From Malacoraja senta (taxonomy: Eukaryota): a stretch of DNA of 64,000 bases. The position numbers and the translations under genes are program-made. The notes beneath the pieces were generated by a model. That model was not told the origin of the DNA and did not search any database. It was given only the letters and a program-made list of their open reading frames with translations. The stretch is from NCBI GenBank assembly GCA_038087875.1, contig CM075996.1, forward strand, positions 4,962,001 to 5,026,000. The letters are read 5' to 3'. Positions 1 to 13,700 of this stretch are shown in pieces; the first letter of the stretch is position 1, and each line of letters begins with the position of its first letter.

Positions 1-94
1 GACCAATGTGTGCTAGCCAGGTTTAAGTTGCTCAAAGCAACTTCCATTTCAGCGTTCTGATGTTCAGTTGGTTTAAAATGTAAATTACAGAATA

Positions 95-158
95 GAATCG
101 AACCCGGGTCTCCAGCACTGCAAGGCAACAACTATACCTTTGCACCACTGTGCCGCCA
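95..158 (-). mobile_element. tRNA-derived SINE head fragment
   Basis: Reverse strand reads GGCGGCACAGTGGTGCAAAGGTATAG...GACCCGGGTTCGATT (A/B boxes); same head as the SINE at 33535. Confidence 0.7.
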
Positions 159-1556
159 CTGCAGCCTCTTGGTTCAAGATCTCCATGACAATGATGAAGC
201 AAGGTATATTTCCCAGTCAAACAGTCGGCATGCTTTTAGTTGTGGTATCTCAACCCCCCCCAAAGCTAAGATAGAAATGTCTTCGGCTCGGGAAGCAGTA
301 TATCCTTTGATTTCGGTCTCTGCACCAATGCCCAAGATGGGAGATTTATTTTAGTTTTGAGCGTCAAGTCTTTCCCAAGAGGGGCAGATTAAATTGTTAA
401 TAATGCGAAACATGACACCAACCTGTCGGAAAGGCGTCTTTTTGTTTAACTGTGGTAAATCAGAATTAGTTGAGAAACTTAGTATGGAATGAAGGCTCAA
501 TGATTTCAACATGTGTTTTAAGCTTTTTTGATTTAAACCATTTGGGTTTAAATGTGGAATGGGTATTCAAGTGTTCAGGGCCGTGAGATGCGTTGGATCA
601 GCAATAGAATGGTACATAATTTCCCTAGGTGAAGGGACAGATTGACAACACATGATTTCTGATTGACACTCATGTGAACCATTCCTCAAATGTAACCACA
701 TAAACCAGTTTGTGATATTTCTGTTACTCTCTTTGCAGACACTACTACAGGAGTACTGGAATGTATGAGCAAATTTAGATTCAGTTGCATCTCACAATCA
801 AACAGTATGCCATCTATGCTTTCCTTTGTTAAAATACAGGTACTGTAGCTAATTGTTGGTCCTGTCAGCTTGCAGGCTGTGAACATGAACACAGTCCACT
901 CATTTCCAAATGAGCATTGGGTATTAACAAATGATAGAGTTGGGCCACCAAAGTATCACAGAGCTGCTACTCGTATTTAACTAACTAGAAATCAAACTTC
1001 TGACCTTAGAAGACAGGCCAGTGTTTATTGTGGCATTTGATAAAATGAAATTTAAAAAACCCCACCAAGTTCCACAGAACTTCTGCCCGAATACATGAAT
1101 ACCAAACTTTGGCCAAGTGGGTGGATAGCGGGTGTATCAAGTACATCAGGCGAGAAGAAATTCTGGAAGCTCAGACATTTCAGTAGCTCTATTTGGAAAT
1201 ACTTAAGAGATACTTTTTGTGATCAGAATCAAATGGTTAACAAAACAGAATTTAAAGTCAATGCTTGAAAGGGAGACTCGTTGCCCTCTACCCCATGGGA
1301 ATTCCCAACAGCATTACTGAAGTCCCCAGAACAGCACAACAGATGGTAATCTCTCAAACTACCAGATCTAGTGTAATTTCCCAGACTTGGGCACATGGGA
1401 AGAGGTATCATTTATTTTCTCAAGCTTAATTTTGCCTTCTTTAATCGACTTCTCACATGCCATTTTTCCATGGCAGGACCCTTTGTTGGGGCACCAACTG
1501 ATGGTGTCCACAGTGCACTGCAGTTTTGATATTGAATGAATAAGATCACAACTTAC

Positions 1557-1724
1557 ATCAGTGCTCTCACTGGAAGTGTTATTTTCCTCTCGCTTACGCT
1601 CCTCTTCCTCTTGCTCCAACTCTTTGATACTTTCCTCCAACACATTGGGCCAAAAGTCACCTTCAAAATACGGCAGCTCTTTTGCACTGGTCAGTCTGTC
1701 TTCTGTTGCCTGCTTAAATATGTC
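1557..1724 (-). CDS. EP300: EP300 exon 28 (HAT domain into autoinhibitory loop)
   Basis: [56 protein letters not shown]; cag/ and /gtaagt; 168 nt. Confidence 0.96.
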
Positions 1725-4700
1725 CTGTGAGAGAAAAGTACATTGCAAGTTCCTCAATCACGCATTGTATTATTTAGTAAGATCACAGGGGCAGAAACAA
1801 GGAACTGCAGATGGTGGTGGACAAAAAAAAGACAAAGTGCTGCAGTAACTCAGCAGGTCAGGCAGCATCTCTGGAGAACATGGATGGGTGTCCTTTTGTG
1901 CTTCTTCAGATCCGATCCGAAACATCATCTATCCATGTTCTCCAGAGATGCTGCTTGACCCACTGAGTTACTCCAGCACCCTGTGTCCTTTACATGATTA
2001 GTCACTTTACAAATTGCAATCTAATGTACAATATCTTATTTTACATTGTAACAATTTTATAATTTACATTTATAATTATAAAGTTATCATTTAAAAAAGT
2101 AAGATAACCTGTTGTCATTGGGAACTAAAATATCATTGCTGGATCTTTGGGTAAATTGCTGCAACAGGGTACGTGAGAAAAAGTGTGAAAGAGTAACCGG
2201 ACATCTGCACCAGATAAGATTGTGGAAACAAAGATAACAAGAGGCGTGGAGACAAGAGCGAAAAAGCATCGAAACCAGAAAATGACATTGAGAAATAGAA
2301 TAACGAGGACAATGAGACAATGTATGTGCGGTTTGACTGAATTAGTCACATGGAGGCTTGATTGAATTATTTCATGTATGTATCTATGCAATGTCTTTGA
2401 ATCAAAGGCAGCAAGACAAACTGAATTTAATGAGAACAGAGGAAGGAACACCAATCAAGATCAAACGCAGTCAGCCCTGAAACCCCTTGACACTTACACT
2501 GGCTGTCCAAGATGGGCTGATTTATTTTACCCACAAAAGTGACTGAGTTATAAGAACAATAAAAACAATTGACATAACTCTGAAGGTAGACAAAAGTACT
2601 GGAGAAACTCTATGGAGCGAAGGAAATAGGCAACGTTTCGGCCCGAAACGTCGCCTATTTCCTTCGCTCCATAGATGCTGCTGCACCTGCTGAGTTTCTC
2701 CAGTACTTTTGTCTACCTTCGATTTTCCAGCATCTGCAGTTCCTTCTTAGACATAACTCTGAACTTGGATTTAATTATGGATTAAATAATATTTTGATTT
2801 GATACAATTTTAATCCTTGTGCACCTTTGTATTAATAATAACCTTAGTGCAACAATATCAGAACCAACAGACATTCCCAAATGTTACAGAGCTTAACTTT
2901 CATTTCTGGGCTGTTGGCCAGACGGACAAAGAGGCTGGGTTCTGGGTGTGAAATCTCAGCATTTATATCAACTGGAAAACCACTATTCAGCAACTCGGCT
3001 CTGCCGAGGTTATTTAGTGCAAGGGGATGGCCGATTGTCGAGAAGCCTCTAAATGAACGATACCCTGGTCTTGTACAGCATCTCTGGCTCAGCATGGGTC
3101 TCAAGGTGGGGAGAGTGGTAATGAACATGGTTAACACTGCTGAAACAATTGTTTTCTTAACCCCCAAATTAACTGCTAAGCAGGTAAAGGTGTTTGGGGA
3201 AACAATTAAGTTGTCATAACAGCATGGAAACTCCGATAACAGTTGCTCAGTAAAGAGTTTAAACCCAGTGAAGACGAAGGAATGGCAAAATATCTTCCCA
3301 GTTTTTACCTCTGTTTTTTAATGTGCCCCAAAACATTTTGTTTTAAAATCACATTTATGAGCTGGCTTTCAGCTGTTCTCTTCAAACTCCTTTCCTGTAA
3401 TTTTTTAATTCTCATTAAATTTAATCAAATTCTTGACCAAGCTCTGGTCTGGGGTTCCAATTTTTCCTCTTATGACCCTGGAACATCAAAAGGAGATTTT
3501 TCTATTTTAAAGTCACTACAAGTAGAAATAGTCATGGCTGGAAATGTGCATCCTGATAAATCAGTAGCTCTCAATATTATAATGACAATAAACACCACAA
3601 TACCTTATAATCATGAATTATTCGTTCTGTCACTGCCTTGTCCAACATCTTCTTGTACCATTCCTGCAGTCTTTTGGGTTTAGGGATTTTCTGATCCAGT
3701 GGATGGCAGTGAAAAATATAATCATCGCCTTCACTTGGAGGACAAGCCCAAATGTGCCCAGCTGTGTATCTGGATTGGATTAAATTAAAAAAACATGAAA
3801 ATAAGCGCAAAGCCAGATTAGGATCTCGTGCTCTGATACAGAGGAGAAAAAACACATGCCAAAAAAAAAAGTTGGTTCTACCCGCAAAAGGAATGTGTAC
3901 TTTGGGTACGTTCAACATTCCCGCTTGATAGTTAGACAGGGAGCAGTTTGGAACCTCGGCACTTGCACTAGGCAACTTCCCCCTTTTTTGGTAAGTAACT
4001 AGGAGCCATAAGTTACTTTTTCTTTAATGAACCCATCAGTTGCTGACAAAGAAAATACTAGATACATCTACTTAATGCACATGGTTGAAACATATAGCAA
4101 CAAACTATATTTGACTGCTTTTTATCTTTGCATCATCTTCTTAAAGGGCCTGTCCCACTTTCACAAGTTATTCACAAATTCTCCCGCGTCTTCCCCTTGA
4201 TTCAAACTCGCAGAATGTTCGTAACGAGTCCGTAGGAGGTTGTAGATATATCGTAGCGGCCCGTTATGTTAGCCGGAGGTACTCGTGGCATCAGGTAAGT
4301 CGGGACATTTTTTCCAGCCCGATAAAAAATGCCCACGAGTAAAAAAATGGTCGGTTTTAAAGAAACTGCAACATTTTACTCGTAAGGAGGGCATCGAAAT
4401 AGTCGTGGGAATTCGTAGACATACTCGTAGGAGTTCGTGAACATAGTCGTGGAAGGTCATAGGAGTTCGTAGATTACCACGATCTTGATTTTTTTTTTTT
4501 AGGTCCTTTAAACTCGGCAGAGGTTTTGAATTAAGTCGTGAAAGTTGGACAGGCCCTTAAGCCAACGTGCAATGTAAAAAAACCCATACATTAAATTCAG
4601 CTCCAAGAGGAAATAGAGATGCAAAGCCAATTTTTCAAGAAAGTGAAAAGATGATCAAATGTTAAATGAAAAATAGACTAGGAATATTTCATTATTATTA

Positions 4701-7700
4701 CAGCTACACCTAGTAAACACTTACCCCAACTTTCTTACATATTCTAAGTATCCAATCAGAATTTCGTGATAGACAGCTGTTCTCAGACATCGAGGGCGGA
4801 AGAAATGTACACTATCGAGGTATGATATGTACACACGTCTGTAATGGAAAATAAATCGTTTAGCATCTTCAAAAGCATCAAAAATAATTTTCAAGTTAGA
4901 GTTACCCATATGGCTAGCCTTAACTGGTTGTTTTATTGTGAAGTGTTAAATCATTGATATTCATTACACGACAGAAAGTGGACATCAATATTAATCATAC
5001 ATGATCAGAGCACACTTAAATGTTACATTACAAAAACATGTCGTTTAAAAAGCTAATACAGACCAGAAAGACAGACCATCAACCAATAATCAGGCTTCAG
5101 CCAGAATATTCTTCATCTTTCAGTAATTTAAATTATATTGTAAGAGAACGAAATAAAGTATTTTTACAGCAAAAACTATCTGCTCCAACAAGTTCATATT
5201 TCCACTAACTCAGAAACAGAGCATCTCTTGAATCTTTGCACATTGGCTGCCTCAATGGCTTTCCACAGCAATTTAATAATTTATTTAAATCCCTGCAATG
5301 CGAAGTTTCGAGCTGACATTCCACTTCAATTTGTTTACAACCTTTAAAAATCTAGAATAATTGAGTCATGCTTTTAGAGTTTAGAGAAACAGCATGAAAT
5401 ACCGGCTTTCTAACCAGAGTTCATGCCTGACCATCAATCAACCGTTCACACCAGTTTTGTGTTACCCACTTTCTCATCCATTCCCTACACACTTGGGGCA
5501 ATTTCCAGCAGCCAATTAAGCTACCAACCTGCATGTCTTTTGGATGTGGGAGGAAACCAGAGCACTTGGAGGAAAGCGATGCAGTCAAGGGGAGCACCCA
5601 AGATCAGGATTGAACCCGAGTCTCCGGCACTGTGAGGCAGCAGCTCTACCAGCTGATGGAGCCACTAATTCACAGCACCAGAGATCTGGGTTCAACCCTG
5701 ACCTCAGATGCTGCCTCTGTGGAGCTGGCATGTTTTCCCTGTGATTGCGTGGATTTCCTCCGGCTGCTCCGGATTCCTCCCACTATTGCAAAGACGTGCA
5801 AGTTTGTAGGTTAATTGGTCTCCGTAAATAGCCCCTTGTTTGTAGGGAGTGGATGCGAAAATGGAATAACAAAGAACTAGTGTGAACGAGTGATCGATGA
5901 TCGGCATGGATGTGGGGCTGAAGGGCCCGTTTACATGCTGCATCTTAGAAACTTAAACTAAAATTAAACTGGAATTTACCTTTGATTGGGTGGAGGACAG
6001 TCAGAACCGTACTCTTGCACATGCATGCCAAAGAAACATACATCTACACCGTCAATCTCTTCAAAGGCAAACAAAGCTTTTGTTCGATAAGGAAACGACT
6101 CAGCCATCTCCCCATTATCAACAAACCTGTAAGTAAAGACAAAGTAATTAATAAAGGTCCCTGAGGTTTTGGGGATGTATCTACAAATGTTTAATTTGCT
6201 GTATTGTTACCAAATATTGCACATAGATATCATACAGATTCAGCATTACACATAATCCCCAGTTATTTTGTTCAGGAGATGTTACACTTGTCGCTTACCT
6301 CCCCCCTCAACACCTTTCAAGGACCCAAGTAGTCGTTCCAGGTGCAACAGAGGTTCACCTGCACCTCCTCCAACCTCATCTATTGCATCCGCTGCTCTAG
6401 ATGTCAGCTGATCTACATCGGTGAGACCAAGTGTAGGCTTGGCGATCTTTTCGCCGAACACCTCCGCTCGGTCCGCATTAACCAACCTGATCTCCCTGTG
6501 GCTCAGCACTTCAACTCCCCCTCCCATTCCAAATCCGGCCTTTCTGTCCTGGGCCTCGTCCATGGCCAGAGTGAGCACCACCGGAAAATGGAGGAGCAGC
6601 ACCTCATATTCCACTTGAGCAGTCTGTACCCCAGCGGCTTGAACATTGACTTCTCCAATTTCCGGTAGCCCTTGCTGTCTCCTCCCCTTCCCAGCTATCC
6701 CTCAGCCCTCTGGCTCCTCCTCTTCCTTTCTTCTCCGAGATTAAAGTTCGTGCATCTTGGTTAAAAAGAAAACTTGATTGTGTTTTGTTATTGGTTTGGA
6801 ATAACCTGGACCATTAATTATTCTGCAGAGAGTAAAGTTCAGATATCAAGAACCAGCAGATCTTGTATTTTTCTTTCTTTTAGTTGTTTAATATAATTTT
6901 ATGCAATGGTCAGGTTGTCGGAGACAGCTTGGTCCACTATGCCTGGCTGCTTCTCGGCTCTTTTGTGAGCAAGGCTCTTTCAATCCCTCTGTAACAGGTC
7001 CCACTCATTCTTAAGAGTTTAGTTTAGCTTATTGTCACGTGTTCCGAAGCATAGTGAAAACCTTTTGCTGCATGCTAACCCAAGAGTCATACAGCGTGGA
7101 AACCGGCCCTTCAGCTCAACTTGCGCACACTGACCAACATGCCCCATCTGCACCAGTCCCACCTGCCTATGCTGCCCTTTTCCTTCAAAATCTATCCTAT
7201 CCATGTCCTATCCAAATGTCCTTTAAACGTTGAGATTGTCTACCTCCTCTGGCAGATCACTCAATATACCTACCATTTTTTGTGCAAAAAAAAAAGTTTC
7301 CCCTCAGGTTCCTATTAAATCTCCCCCCCCCCCCCCCCCCCCCTCACCTCTCACCTTATGTTCCTCATTAATGGAATACAATATAACCCACATTCATTCC
7401 GGCAGCAGTTCTGGAAAGTGGCAGATATTTTCATCACCAGTTTCTCCCACTAGCTAGCTCTCGGATGTATTTCATCTGATTCGACTTTACTATTTCCACT
7501 CTTCTAAATTCAATGATTTATGATCTTCTCCTGTCACATTCTCAACCATGCCATAGACAACAACACGTATGCTAACGTGGACATAATCACCATCAAAAAT
7601 CACCAGTCCTACTGCTGCATATTTTTAAAAATGTGCCCTACCCTGTTCTCTAAATCTCCTTCTCCCAGATATTCATACTCGTTGTCATGCCTCGGATGCT

Positions 7701-10700
7701 TCTCTTTTGTGGAAGGTGTCAGATATACGAGTAATTGTCATATCGGTATTTCAGTGACATTTTAAATTCACAATCGTGCAAATGGATGCTCTCACCTCGT
7801 CTTCATTCCAGACTTGACTTCTACAATTTTATCTGAACTGTGCACCACCCGAACAGTGCACTCACCAGCCTCCGGATGATTTTGCCTGCGGAGGAAGTCG
7901 TTAATACGGGTTTCTAGGTAAATACCCAGCTTAGTGGTTGGTAACCCTGGGGAGAAAACAAAAAGTTTTTGACACAATGTTACTGCATTCTCTGCATTTG
8001 AATGTTACACTTCAGTAAAGAAAAAAAGAATCAGATGTACACCATTCAGCGGTGGGGCATTTCACAGGCAATGTACATCATAGCCAGAGCTACAACAAGG
8101 CCAGTCAGTTCCTTCTACAATGTTGTCGTAGTTACTCTGATTTCTCCAGCAGCTGCAGCGGTATCTGTTCCTTATCGTCCATGACAGCATTTTTCTGGAG
8201 CTGTACCATTGAGAAGGAAGTCTGAAGAAAGGTCTTGACCTGAATCGTCACCCATTCCTTCTCTCCAGAGATGTTGCCTGTCCCGCTGAATTACTCCAGT
8301 ATTTTGTGTCTAACAAATATTACTTATCGTCCATGACAGAATATATCTAGATCTTGCGAAAATGTAAACCTGAACTGTTTCATATGATGAGTTGCAAATG
8401 GACTTGAACATTGCATAATCAGCAAATAACTCCATTTTGAACTTTTAATGGAAGGACATCATTAAGTTCATGGCGTCAGAGCTACTTAACAAGGAAACAA
8501 GCCCTTTGGCCCAACTCAGCCTAACCGAGCCAATCCTACTTGCTCGCACTTGTCCCATATTCCTTCAAACCTTTTCTATCCATGTACATATCCAAGTGAA
8601 TGAAGCAGCTCAAGATGTTTTGGGTGTGTGACTTTTAATACCACAATCATTTTTCTTGTGTGACTTCATCTACTGAAGCTTTTTCCCCTTGATGCTCGTT
8701 GACTTCAGATCCACTGGGGCTTCTTGATGTCACACTACGCCAAATGCTTCATTGATGTCAAGGGAAGTGACCGTCTAACTTTGATAGATTTAGATACAAG
8801 TAATAGGTGAGAAACCACAGGTCTACCAGACACCCACAAAACCTCATCTCTTTGGAAGATAGTTGTTTTTTTGAAAGGGAGACATTGTTTTGTTAGACAA
8901 GCCCAACAGCTTTTAAAGATGCATCGGTTTTACAATCACAATTCACAACCAAGTGTACTTACTTTTTGCACAGAATTTATTTTCTTTCCTTGTTTTCCCG
9001 GTTTTCTTTAAACAGGGGTCACAAACAAAACTGCAAGAGGTAAAAGACGACTAGTTATTAGAACTCAAAAAGTTGAAATGGACGGTCTATTTGCATGCGA
9101 TAAAATTGATTTTTTAAAAACCCCTTCAAATGCAAGTAACTCTGCACATATTGATGTAGAATCCAACTTACCCTGAGGGCCAAATAAGTTCATGGTGAAG
9201 GACACAGATCTGATGCATTTTCCGACCACATTCAGTACATTCAACAAATCTGCAGAAACATGATACAGATGCCGACAGGAGTTAATAAGGTAATATGCTT
9301 CTCTCACCTTAAGAAAAACGGGGAGAAAATGTGATGCATGGCATCTTTAGAGTAAAATGCTTCCTAGAGAGAGAAAAGGGGTCAGCTTGGAAGCCACCCT
9401 TCTCAATGGTACATCAGCAAAACCAATGAATGAATTTGATGTCCATCCATTTCACATATACGTTAAAATGAGGACCAGGAATACTTAAAAGTTATCAAAA
9501 GAAAAATGTTTGCTATTATCATAAACTGATTGGTTTTGATTTATCAAACAGGAATTATTTACTAGATAAAGCTAAACCATTTTATAATCTTTTCAGAAGC
9601 CAATCTCAGACTGTGCAATTATGGATTTGCTACTGGCAATTTACACAAAGTTGTCTACCTTAACTATATAAATTTCTAACACCAGCTCAGCAGGTACATT
9701 AGCAAAAAACCTCAAAACAAAACAGGACAAAAAAGATGCAGGAAAGAAGGCAAATGGAAATCAAATCCCAGCAACAGGAAACTTGGCCACCGGGATTAGA
9801 GTTTCAGGATAAGGTCAACAGTTACCCGATTAAAACAAACCACTGTCTTCAGAAATCACTTACACTTCAGGATCCAGTGTATCATTCTTCTTCTTTGAGA
9901 ACTGTTCCTTTGAAATAGTCCTAAAATAAATGAAAATCTGAAGATATAATAGAATGCAGGAAATAGCACAGTGTGATGGAATTGTTTAACGTGATCATAT
10001 CTAGTCTATATACCAATATCTTATTGCAATTTCATTTATTGATTTTTATTCGTATTTAGCTCTAGTAACTGGCAAGCACAGAATTTATTTCACTGGCAGT
10101 GAATGCAAATGCAATACAAATTTCACCAATGTAAAATGATATCAACATGGTTATTAATATCCATATTCTGCTGGAAAATACTTACGTTTGAGGCTGTGAA
10201 GGGTCATCACCCAGGGAGACAGTTTCTCCCTGGATCTCATTGAAACATTTCTCGCAGAAGTGATACCTGTTAAAAATAAATGTCTGGGTGAAATTATGTT
10301 TATAACCCTCGAGCAGCAGTCACGAATCAATTACAATATCTCAGTGTGTAAAGTTTATGAAATGATTATAACAGAAAACATGGCAATGTACAGATTACTA
10401 AAGCATTTTAGTTCTTTTTAAATAAAAACAATCAACAAAGGATAAAATGGGATTGGCCACATTTATTTTCTTGCAAGTTGCCCACAGGGTGCAAACACCT
10501 GTCCGACAGATCAGAAACACTCTTCAGGAGTCAGGTGTAGATTTGTCAATGACCACTGTCCGCAGAAGACTACATGAACAGAAATACAGAGGCTACACTG
10601 CAAGATGCAAACCACTGGTTAGTCGCAAAAATAGGATGGCAAGGTTACAGTTTGCCAAGAAGTACTTAAAAGAGCAACCACAGTTCTGGAAAAAGGTCTT

Positions 10701-13700
10701 GTGGACAGATGAGATGAAGATTAACTTATATCAGAGTGATGGCAAGAGCAAAGTATGGAGGAGAGAAGAAACTGACCAAGATCCAAAGCATACCACCTCA
10801 TCTGTGAAACACGGTGGTGGGGGCGTTATGACCGGGGCATGTATGGCTGCTGAAGGTACTGGCTCACTTATCTTCATTGATGATACAACTGATGACGGTA
10901 CTGGCATAATGAATTCTGAAGTGTCTAGACACATCCTATCTGCTCAAGTTCAAACAAATAACTCATTGGCCGACAGTTCATTCTACCGCAAGACAATGAT
11001 CCCATACATACTGCTAAAGCAACAAATGAGTTTTTCAAAGCTAAAAAATTGTAAATTCTTGAGTGGGCAAGTCAATCACCTGATCTGAACCCAATTGAGC
11101 ATGCCTTTTATATGCTGAAGAGAAAACTAAAGGGGACTAGCCCACAAAACAAGCATAAGCTAAAGATGGCTACAATACAGGCCTGGCAGAGCATCACCAG
11201 AGAAGACACCCAGCAACTGGGTGAGGTCCATGAATCGCAGACTTCAAGCAGTCATTGCAAACAAAGGATATGCAACAAAATACAAAACAAGGCTACTTTC
11301 ATTTACATGACATTGCTGTGTCCCAAACATTATGGTGCCCTTAAATGGGGGTACTATGTATAAACACTGCTGTAATTTCTACATGGTGAAACCAAAATGT
11401 ATAAAAATGGCCTTTAATAAAATCTGACAATGTGCACTTTAACCACATGTGATTTTTTTCTATTACAAATCTCGAAATTGTGGAGTAGAGGCAAATAAAT
11501 AAATGACGGGTCTTTGTCCCAAACATTATGGAGGGCACTGTATATTGCAGCTCTGTTGCAGCACCACACTTTATTAGTCCAAATTATGTATTCATATCCC
11601 AGAGTGCGATTGGATCCCTCAAAATATTTTACTGACTTTTTATTTAAGGATTTCTTTTTTATCTGGTTAGAGAATGTAAATACATCTAGCGTCAAATATG
11701 CCCATCACATAATTATAATGCAAATTCTGCATGGTAAGCTTTCACTGAACTAATTTACTACATTGAATCTGAAGCGATTTTGAAAATCTTTTAACATGCA
11801 TCAAATTACTCACCCAGGGACTGTTTAAAACCAATCAGAGACTGTATGAAGATTTTTTTTTTAACTGTTCCCAATTCTTAATGGCATCAACTTTCAGTCA
11901 TTTGTCCAATTTAATTTAAACAGAAGTATCAAAATATTTTGATGGTATAACAAGCTATAAAACGCTCATGTGGTACATATGAAAATTATTTCCATCTCAT
12001 TTTATATATTTTTCCTCCACACAGAAAATTATATACTGTAACCCGTATTAAGAGGGGAAAAAAATATGATAATCAGAATATTATTCCAAAATTAAAGAAG
12101 TGCAGATGCTGAAATAAAAATAGAAAATGGTGGAAGGCATGTGTGGAAAGAGAAGCAGTTAAAATTTCAGGTCTGATCCTATGTCAGTTCCAGCGAAGGG
12201 CTTCAGACCTCAAACGTTAACTCTGCTTCTCTTTTCACTGATAGTATAATGATCATTTGACATGCTCATAACCAGGTTAGATGATATTATTAAAGAGACA
12301 CAAAACCAGGCCTAGTAGAAATCAGTGCATCAAATCATTTCTTTAAAATATTAAAATACTTCAGGTTGATTCAAAAGCCACCATCTTACCTGTTTTGATA
12401 ACTGTAATAGGTAGCATCCCGGGGGATTGTACATAACTGCTTCCCATAGCAACAGAGGGTTTGTGGAGAAAATTCCAGCTGCAAAGAATCAGGAGAAATG
12501 ATTATAGCTCATGCAACTCTTCAAAACAGCAGAAAGGTTGCTGCTTTTTGTTGAAATGCCACAGAATCTTACAAATCTATAATTTGCTTTTCAGTGTGGA
12601 GTGTTCATATGAAGGTCAGCAAGACACCTGCTGCTCAGCCTCACAGCATCGTTAATATTCCCAGGTAGCCAATTAACATGCCCAATAATTTTATATCTTT
12701 ATTTCACCCAATGAGAAAATCTGCTTTTTTACTCGCAACAGCGGCAAGCATTTTGCCTAGTGAATAGAACGCTGAGAGCAATTACAAGTTACATATGGTC
12801 CCTTTCATAAAATTTATAGAAAATGGAGCTCAATGCAGAGAATCGAGCTATCCTGGCTTGGTTACATTGTGGTTGAAACAGTAGACGGCAAAAGCATTAC
12901 TAAAGAGCACCAGTTTATTCCTTACATTTTTACATATTTTCTTTAGTTGAAAAATACAAATTGCTCCCCAGTCAGAGAAACTTTAAACATTAATGCTGCT
13001 TCAATTAAAGAAATGTGTTATTTTTTCCTTTGCCATCACAAAATAGGGTTCAGCAATAAATGGCTTATCAAAATCGTTGGTCAGATCAGAACAAAGTCTC
13101 ACCTGTAAGTTCATATTACCAAATGCCAAGTATTAATATCCAGATAGCTTAAAACTATTCCAACGAGAACAACTTTGGATAAATTTGACGCTGGCAATAA
13201 ATGGAAAAACTGCACAAAATAAACAAATTTAGAATGCGGCAGTATGGAAACCCCTTAAGACCCAAGCGAGTGGGATGGACTAAGGCTGCAAGGATTCCTG
13301 TTGCTGATTCTTTGTCTGGAGTATGTAGTGAACATCACAAAGAATCTTAGTGTGATATGCATACTTACGCCATGGTATAAAAAGTAAGGCCACACCCATT
13401 TAAGCTTAAAAACGAGGTAAAGATACCAGGACTTTTATATCCCATGTAACTGTGATTCTTACATCATTGGGTGGAGAGTATGTTTTTTGGGGGGAAAGGG
13501 AGGGGGCGCGAAGAGATTGTAATCTGTACATTTGGTTAATTTATTAGATTTACTTGGATGGTATTCTAAAGCCTATCATGGAGGCTATTACGGACTTCAA
13601 ATGCTAAAGTCTTTGAGAATCTAGAAGGAACAAAATTATGTTTTAATGGGGAGATAGTCAATAAAAAGGGATACGTTATTCAAATCAAGCAGTAATTTAG

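Noticed and set aside
2844..3683. ORFs of 107-146 aa in intron 27 and antisense to exon 27
   Set aside because: No recognisable domain; several lack an ATG start; consistent with chance ORFs.
11814..11841. Possible cryptic microexon in intron 19 (cag/.../gtgagt)
   Set aside because: Both candidate lengths (7 and 28 nt) break frame. It does not resemble the short in-frame exon I recall at this position in some fish p300/CBP genes. No transcript evidence.
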